From the NCBI RefSeq assembly GCF_009914755.1, contig NC_060935.1: a stretch of DNA of 64,000 nt, one strand, 5' to 3'. Position numbers and translations under genes: made by a program. A model generated the notes under the pieces. That model had not been told where the DNA came from, did not search any database, and worked only from the letters and a program-made list of their open reading frames with translations. The stretch comes from the human T2T-CHM13v2.0 reference genome, Homo sapiens. Of this stretch, positions 56,410 through 64,000 are shown piece by piece. Each line of letters begins with the position of its first letter. Positions within the stretch are counted from its first letter, which is position 1.

Positions 56410-57120
56410 TTCATTAACTAAGCATTAATGAGTTCCTATTCTTTGTTCTAGGTGAGGAACTAGGTAGGCATCAGAGTTTCCGAATCAAAAGACAGGCCCA
56501 TCCCATGAAGTAACTCTGTCAATTTGTCTAGCGAGGAAATACTGACATGTGAACAAAGGATTCTAGTATAAGGCAGAGATCAATAATGGAGAGCACTGGT
56601 TATATGAGGGCAGAGCAGATGGCCACCTAACCCTGTTAAACAGGGTCAGCAAAGGCTAACATCTGAGCTAAACTTAAAAAATCTAGCTCAGTGTAGTAAC
56701 GTACAGCTTGGGTGAATATAGTTAATAATAGTGTATTGTACATTTCAAAATTGCTAATAAATTTCAAATGTCCTCACCACAAAAAAATGATAAGTATTGT
56801 AGGTGATGGATATGTTAATTCACTTGATTTAATTATTTCACATGGTATGCTTGAATCATAAGCTCATTTTTTACTATATATATATATACCATGTGTATAT
56901 ATATATATACCTACAACTTGTCAGTTTACAATGAAAAAGATAAAGAAAAAACTCTGTGGGGCACATTCCAGAATGAATTCATGGAAAGTTAGATCATTTA
57001 TACACTGGAAACACAGGTTTTCCTCCTGTGGGCAGTGTGGAGGTGGAGAGGAGGGGCTAGCTTGTAAACAGCCATGTTACTCTGAGTGGGATATTATTCT
57101 GAAGGCCGTGGGGAGCCATT
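56410..57120 (-). mobile_element. L2 fragment interrupted by an L1 3' end
   Basis: aagcattaatgagttcctat...tctagcgaggaaatactgacatgtgaaca...; tgaaggccgtggggagccatt. Confidence 0.55.
56690..56950 (+). mobile_element. L1MA-type 3' end
   Basis: atagttaataatagtgtattgtacatttcaaaattgcta...ctcaccacaaaaaaatgataagta...ggtgatggatatgttaatt. Confidence 0.85.
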
Positions 57121-58152
57121 TAATTTCCTGTGGTATCTTCTTGGCTTTCTCTAAAATCTGTGTGCTCCCACCCACCACTTCTGTATAAGACAGAAGCTTG
57201 AGGTCAAGGGCTCTTTCACAGCCCCTGGAAATACCTTTCCACATTGCACCTACCTCACCAGCACTGGGATCACGCTTTTCATATGATTTTTCTCTGTTCC
57301 TCCATTGTCCATCAGCATATACCAGGAAAACAGCCCACACCATATTCTCTTTAGGGACATTGTGGAATCAAGAAATGGAACATAAATTTGACCTCCTAAT
57401 TGCCATTTGACAAAAGGAATAATAAAACCTGCAAAAGACAAATTGGTGCAATAAGCTGAGAGGCCTTGAAGGTTTTGTCTTCTCATTTTCTTTTCTTTGT
57501 CTTTATACTCAAAGGGGTGATTCACTTATGAGAAACACCATTGGAAGAAAAGGTAGATATTTTTCATGTGGAACTTGTTTTGTATAAAGATTCAAACACA
57601 TAAAACAAAATGATAAAATTACAGTATGAAATCTTTTGTGTGTAAGTTATTAAATATGAAATAATTATGTGTACAAGTAGCGATTACAACATTCTTTGTC
57701 AAGTATAACAAAAATTATATGTGCATATAAAAGTTAAGTAAGAAAGTACTGTTTCATAGTCTGAATCTAATCAGCATAAACAACCTATTAATTGTTCAGG
57801 AACTCTAAAATCTTTAATGAGGTTTCTACTGTAGAATTTCAGTCATATGCAAATGAATCATTGGAATTCTTCATTATCTTAAAAACAGAAGTTTTTTTAG
57901 TGATTTTTTACATCCCCAAAGTGGGATGTACCCCAACTGTGGTAGACAGGCTGAAACAATTTTTCAGGTTTTCTTTGTAAATTTTACTTTCTTTTAAGAA
58001 TAATTCTTGAGACCATTCTGATTGTCATGGGGGATTGGAAAGTTACAGTTCCATACCACTTTTGCTTTTCCTTTAACTGGACTTGTTTCCCCACACTCAG
58101 TAAGCTGTTTGCCCCAGATATTTAAAAGTCAAATATTCTCATTTCTACACAG

Positions 58153-58214
58153 GTCTGATTACAACAACTTCAAGGAAATTGGATCGAGAACAGCAGGCAG
58201 AACATTTTCTGGAG
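58153..58214 (+). CDS. FAT3: Internal 62-nt coding exon of a FAT atypical cadherin (FAT3), encoding part of an extracellular cadherin repeat: (G)[20 protein letters not shown]; phase-1 start, phase-0 end
   Basis: Acceptor ttctcatttctacacAG (AG 58151-52) and donor GAG|GTAAGC (GT 58215-16). Reading from the third base gives the cadherin LDRE Ca2+-binding motif. The peptide matches my recollection of FAT3 (FAT1 reads ...EQQDEHILE), and the very long upstream intron fits FAT3. No database search was run. Confidence 0.92.
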
Positions 58215-59013
58215 GTAAGCGCATAGAGGGAACTGAAATTCATTAAAACTGACTTTCACTAAACTTCTTTAACCTTCAACATAAACTACACCTTCAATAT
58301 ATTTGAACAGTGGATATCAAAGTGAAGATATTTCTCTTGGGCTGCTATGTTCTGAATTTAGGGATTTCTAGTGTGTTCTTCCCAACATGCTCCTGTGTGC
58401 TGAGCCAGGGTGGTAGGGCAGCCTTTGCCTTTTGCTGAAGGCAATGGTGTATCACCGTCTCTGCCTTGACTTCAGGCCCTCGTGTCAATAATCAGAAAAG
58501 AAAGTTCAGGAGCAGAGCCCTGTGAGCCACGGGGGCCACAGACGTAAAAAGAGAAAGAGCGTCAGTGTACCATTTATGAGGAAGCTTTGCTTTCCTCTTT
58601 TCTTTTCGTGGGGAGAGAGTTGAGAAAAAGAAAGCTGCTGGTTGAGTCACTGCCAGAGATGACTATTGCTGAAACCATAAAATGGACTCCTTTAATTCAT
58701 TAAGACAGAAACTACAGCAAAATCAACTCTAAAAGTGTTATTTCTGGAGAGAGAATAAAAAGCTATGAGATGAGAAAATAAATATGAAAGAGCTTTGCAG
58801 CACATTCTTTCTTTAAGCATCGAGTGTCTTTATTGGGAAGCTTGAAGCCTGGGTAGTTTGTATGACACCGTGATTTAATTGTGACTGTGTGATATGAAAC
58901 AGATGACGATGCTTAGAACTCAAGGCTCTGTTAAGGTTTTATAATGTGTCTACGCTTCTAAAATAATCTTTTAGTTCCTAAGAATCACTTTCTGGAATCC
59001 ACTACCCCTCCTA

Positions 59014-59068
59014 ACACATACACAAACACACATACACACACACACACGTGCACATGCACACAAACACA
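59014..59068. repeat. Imperfect (CA)n
   Basis: acacatacacaaacacacatacacacacacacacgtgcacatgcacacaaacacac. Confidence 0.9.
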
Positions 59069-59139
59069 CCTTTCAAATCTGATGATAGAATCTCTTCTGG
59101 TCTACTCCTTTAAATTAGCTCACCAGTCATGATTTATTT

Positions 59140-59380
59140 AAAGAACACCGGACTAGGAATCAGGCTACCTGGGTCTTGAAGCTGCCCTGCTGTGAATAGC
59201 TTGAAGCTATTTAATTGCCTTGAACCTTAGTTTCCCCTACTATGAAATTTGGCAAACAATTACAATCCTTTATACCTCAAAAGATCACTCTTAGGATCAA
59301 ACCTTCTGTTTTGTATCAACGTATTTTTAAAACTCTTAAAGCATTGGATATAATAAAGGATTATTATTATTATTATCATC
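59140..59380 (+). mobile_element. MIR
   Basis: agaacaccggactaggaatcagg..acctgggt...ttgaaccttagtttccc..ctatgaaat. Confidence 0.7.
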
Positions 59381-59937
59381 ATCATACAATACTATGATAA
59401 TCCTTTTAAAACATTACTATCATCTCATAAAGATAAAAGGCTCCAGGCTGCCAAAAAAAATAATTATAGTAATTCTTTTTTCAAAATCCTTTTAACAGGA
59501 TGCAGTACCTACCTGGTCCAGAACTTAAATACATTTGCCAGAAAAATAAGACCTTATATTATATTCATGGGCTTCTTTCCTTTCCAGAAGACAGTCCAGG
59601 ACACCTGGAAAGGCTGTGTTCTTAGATAGTTGAACCCATTACTTCCCAGAAGGAAGCAGGAAGGGTGTCTCATTATCTGAGGAGTCTGGCTGAGATCACT
59701 TATGGCCCAGTCCCTTGCAAGGTCGTCTCTGTCATCAGGAGGTTTGTGGTGCAGTGTGACTGTCACAGGACGGATCTATAGCAGAGCAAAGAGGAAGAGT
59801 ATTTTCCAAGCATTTGAATTCACTCCCCAAAGAACCCTGAATGGATTCACATCCTCTACAGACTTACATAAATACTGAGTAATGTTTTAGTACCTTGGAC
59901 TAACACAGATTGGGGTCTGGAATATCATTGATTAGTA

Positions 59938-60471
59938 CAAGTTGAGTCTCCACTTATCCAAAATGCTTGGGAAGGGGTGGGAAGTATGAAGAGAAGTTAA
60001 TAAATTAGTACAAACATATGGTGTGATACAAGACATAAGACTCAGTATTAAATAGATCATTAGGGTGACTAGAGTTTATAATAATGTATTGCATATTTCA
60101 AAATAGCTAGAAGAGAAGAATTAGAATGGTTCTAGCATAAAGAAGTAACAAATGTTTAAGATGATAGATAACCTAAGTACACTGATTTGACCTTTACAAG
60201 TACATGAATGTATTAAATTATCACATGTACCTTGAAACTATGTACATCTATTATGCATTGTTATAAAAAAATTTTTTAAATGCTTGGGATTCGAAATGTT
60301 TAGTATTTTGGAATATTTTCGGTATTCTTAGTTGAGCATCCCTAATTCAAAAATTCAAAATTCAAAATGTTCCATTCAACATTTCCTTCGAGCATCATGT
60401 TGGCACTCAAGAAGTTTCAGATTTTTGAGCATTTTGGAATTTGGGTTTTCACATTAGGGATATTCAACTTG
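59938..60471. mobile_element. Tigger4a/Zombi (TcMar) MITE, interrupted by an L1 fragment
   Basis: TA-flanked terminal inverted repeats caagttgagt...attcaacttg; internal ttgagcatccctaat..., gagcatcatgttggcactcaa. Confidence 0.88.
59973..60277 (+). mobile_element. 5'-truncated L1MA-type 3' end inserted in Tigger4a
   Basis: tagggtgact...tatttcaaaatagctagaagagaaga...; perfect 12-bp TSD aaatgcttggga 59961-72 / 60278-89. Confidence 0.9.
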
Positions 60472-60479
60472 TATCTGGT

Positions 60480-60620
60480 ATCATCTGCAGAGGGAAGTAG
60501 GACAGCATAGCAATTAACAACTTTATAGGGTTGTTGGGAGATTAAACTATAAAATACATGTAAAACATCCAGTCCAGTGGTGCTAAGTAGGTGCTTAGTA
60601 AAGTGTGGTTATCATTGTTG
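60480..60620 (+). mobile_element. MIR 3' fragment
   Basis: atagggttgttgggagattaaa...atacatgtaaaaca...aagtaggtgcttagtaaa. Confidence 0.7.
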
Positions 60621-60959
60621 ATTGTTGTGGTTTTAAGTATTATCACATGATGACATAATATCAGAAGCTTTCTAAAGATTTAACAGCACCTCCCCACTCC
60701 AGGAAAGGTAGAAGCTCCAGACCACTGAAATGCAGAAGGAGCCCCAGGTAGCAAGCCCTGGACTCACCTGGTGTACCAGGGACTGCCCTAAGTCCTGGGG
60801 ACACAAAGTGAGCAGGAAGGATGGGGAAGCACATGGAAATGAATAAATGCTGTAACTTCAGAAAGAAGCTCTCTGAAGCCACTAAAAGAAAGTTCCATGA
60901 TAGTGCCTGAAAGCGGGGGGTGACAGGCAACATTCAGTAGACTAGTAGACTTGTTTGAC

Positions 60960-61330
60960 ATGGCATTTGATGACATGATGCCAAGACTCTGTTCAAGAAA
61001 TAGAATCAAGACCACTGTGATGAAGAGTGTAAAGGCAGAGTGGGGATGGGAGCGGAGGTTATAGGAAAGCAGATTGGAAAGGCAAACAGAGGGGACTATG
61101 GTAAGGATTTTGAATTTTTCCTGAGTGCAGTGGAAAGCCTTTAAGCAGGGGTGACATGATGTGACTGCCATCATAAGTGATGGCGGGCTGCCCTGCTGGT
61201 CAGAGACCGGCTTGGGGTGGGGGCTGAGGGTGACCAGTGGCAGCAGGGAAATGTGGAAAGCTTCTATAGAGATCCAGGTGAGAGATGAGGGTGGTTTGAA
61301 TGAGGGTAAGGGCAGTGGATCAAGTAGGTC
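60960..61330 (-). mobile_element. L2 fragment
   Basis: atggtaaggattttgaatttttcctgagtgcagtggaaagcc..taagcaggggtgacatgat...atccaggtgagagatgagggtggtttgaa. Confidence 0.8.
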
Positions 61331-62744
61331 TAACACAAATCCTATCATGATTTCAGCTAGCAACAGCACACTGGCTTTTCTGTGATCTTTGGAGTGAAGA
61401 TTTTTAAACCACAGGTAATCAGAATCATACCAACTTGCCCTCCAGCAACCTCGTTGCCCTATCCAGCTTCCAAGCTCGCCACACACACCATTTCATTTAA
61501 TAAATCTGCTAAGGCTTTCAGAAACCAGTTCAATATCAATCTCTCTCTCCCTTTGTCCTCTCTCTCTTTTTCTCTCTCTTATGCACACTGTCTCACTCTC
61601 ACTCCCTAAAATTGTACAATTTTGGCCACATTTTTTCTTCTATATGACATTGCTGCAGGAGTTTGAACATTTCTTTTTTTTCCCTAAATAGACCATAGAA
61701 GGAACATTACTTTAACTTAGTCCTGCAGAAAATAAGTGAAATGGTATCATTGAGAATGTAGAATAGAGTTGTCTGTTATACACAAAATTTTGAAACTGCT
61801 GATATATTTTGTGACTTGTAAGGCCTAGGTGTGGGTAATTAACCTCCTGGAGAGTGTTTAATTGCCGAGATAACCTTATGCTCCTCTTAAACTCATATTA
61901 ACCTTCTGGCTCTATTTCATATCTGTCCTTCCCAATAAAATAAAATTGACTCTTCTTGAAAGGACCCATTTAGAAGCTGACCTGGCAGGTACACTGCTGA
62001 ATAGATAACCAGGAGGACATTAATGATTTCTTGGTAGTTTGCTATCCCCATGGTAGAAAGCACTTTAGTTGTATACTGCTGACACTCCATCTATACATTG
62101 GTTTAAGATATTTAGCTTGATGGTGTATGGGCTGCAAGGGTTTTTCAGTCTGTAGAGCATTTGCCTAAAATCTGTTACTATAAAAGGAGGGTTGTCATTA
62201 TCAGAATCCAAAGACTTGCTAAAGCAACAAAAGCAGCAAAGAACTGTAGGCAAATTCACAAGTACAGCTTATACTTCTTCAGTGAATTCTAAGTGTTAAC
62301 TCTTGCCTGGTTTGGAAGTCTGTTATGTGAAAATATTGGCCTGATCTTCTCTTCCTACCATAAAATGCAAAAATGTAGAATTTTTAGCTCATTTGTTCAA
62401 AGTCGTATACCTTCCTTGATACCCAGTTATGATTATAGTGGAGATAGAAGACTAATTCCAGCATACAGATGCCAAGAGTTGATAATGGACACGTAAATGA
62501 AACAGTGAATTAACGTTTTAGTTTTTTGGTTGTGACTTTAGCTCTGATTACTTCATTATCAGAGAAGGCAGCTGTGAAACAGGAAATAAATGCACTAACT
62601 CTGTCTTATTATATAATCACTTGTATGGATTGTGTTTTTTTGTTGTTTTGGGTGGGTGTTTTTGGTTTTCTTTCCTTGTTTTTTACCTATGAGATGTTTA
62701 AGCTCCCTGTGGGCATGCAACTTGATTTATCAAGACAGTGAATT

Positions 62745-62980
62745 AAGGTAGTGTGGGAAAGCTCAGATGTTAAATTCAGGTGTGCCTGTGATTGTATTTT
62801 GGTACTGTTCACAGAGCTTAGATGGGCTATTGAACCTCTCTGGATCCCCTTTCTCTCATCTGTGAAGTGGGGATAACAATTCCTACCATAGGGTTGGTAT
62901 AAAGAGTAGATTAAATGACAGGTGAAGCATGCTCAGGACGCTGTCTGTTAGACAGTACATGTTCCATGAATGGTAGCCAT
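62745..62980 (+). mobile_element. MIR
   Basis: aacctctctgga...tctcatctgtgaagtggggataacaattcctaccatagggttg...attaaatga. Confidence 0.8.
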
Positions 62981-64000
62981 GGTCAGCATGGAATGTCTTA
63001 GTCATCTCTGTATACAAGCATCTGTTTGGCACTCAGGAAACAAGGGACGCTTAATAAGTGTGTGAATGAATGCTTACATTAAGAGACGTTATTTCACTCC
63101 TCAATGAGACCTTGAAGGGGAGAGAATTAACATGCAAGACAGAGCATGGATGTAGAGACAGGAAGAAGGCATGCTCGGCTTCTTTTCGTCTGCATGAGCG
63201 TTGCCACGTTAAATTAACTTTGATCCTCCTTTTCTTCATCTGGAAAATGGGGTTAATAAACTTGCCTCACAGATAAACTGCATGGAAGGCCTGGCACACA
63301 GAGATGCTGGTAACCTATTGCTTGCCCTTTCCCTCTTTTCCATCTACTTCCTCCTCCCCTTGTCCTCCACAAACACACTGCCAGTTCCCTTTCTTTTCCT
63401 GGACTGGCTCCAGCAGTTTGAAAAGCTTATAGCACTTCGATTATTCTTGAAAGATACATCTACTTAAATAATCCTATAGTCCTGGCTTAATTATGTGTGA
63501 ATCTTTATCTTGCTTGCTGAAGAGTATTATTTGCCTCCCTTTTGATCTTGAAATGCTTCTGTGTTCAGGGCTGGATGGTTCTGATAAAAGTCTCCCAAAG
63601 AGAACACAGAGAGTGTTTTTTATTTGCAAATCAAAAAAAAATTAAAAAGAAGATGACAAGGCCCAGTAACCAGTGTAAAGACAGTGGATGAGCAATTATG
63701 TCATATGTATGCATAGAATTTGGAACAGCCCAGAGAATGTGGTTAAATGTAATAGTGAAGTCAGTATGAATAACAGATTACAGAGGAATAGACTAGATCC
63801 ATAGGAATGTATATTATTTAGTATCTGTCTTTTTTAACAAACTCATCCATTGTCCTCTGTAACATACAACTCATGTGAATAATTTTTCTTCCTGTCTGAA
63901 GTTCTCATCCCTTTTTATAGTTTTATTTTCTGAGGGAAAAAAATATTGTTCTTTATTAAGTTTTTATAACATTTTCTCTTGCCTTAGGATGCAAATTGAT

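Larger units (their letters stand above)
58215..64000 (+). other. FAT3: 5' part of the following FAT3 intron
   Basis: Begins GTAAGC. No downstream cadherin exon (expected to start around VTVTDGG) seen in the window. Confidence 0.85.

Noticed and set aside
58022-58246. 74-aa ORF from the track
   Set aside because: Wrong frame; the real coding content is the spliced FAT3 exon in another frame.
60788-61486. Longest ORF (232 aa, - strand)
   Set aside because: Runs largely through a decayed L2 fragment; non-ATG start and no recognisable domain.

Overview
Primate (almost certainly human) genomic DNA, AT-rich and CpG-depleted. It lies inside a very large gene transcribed on the + strand. The only coding sequence I can support is one 62-nt internal exon at 58153-58214 (ctacacag|GTCTG...CTGGAG|gtaagc). 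It encodes (G)[20 protein letters not shown], part of a cadherin repeat of a FAT atypical cadherin, which I recognise from memory as FAT3. The ORF track shows this region only in the wrong frame. The rest is intron (>58 kb upstream, >5.7 kb downstream), densely populated by Alu, MIR, L2, L3, L1, MaLR/ERV LTRs and hAT/Tigger DNA-transposon fossils, several nested with readable target-site duplications (TSDs). None of the listed ORFs looks like a real protein. I cannot support a new multi-gene system. The best leads are two long pre-miRNA-sized fold-back hairpins in the sense pre-mRNA (6671-6756; 27645-27758), closely spaced inverted Alu pairs, candidate recursive-splice and antisense-exon signals, and a few motif clusters in repeat-free sequence. 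Repeat subfamily names and the boundaries of old repeats come from my recall of consensus sequences and are approximate.
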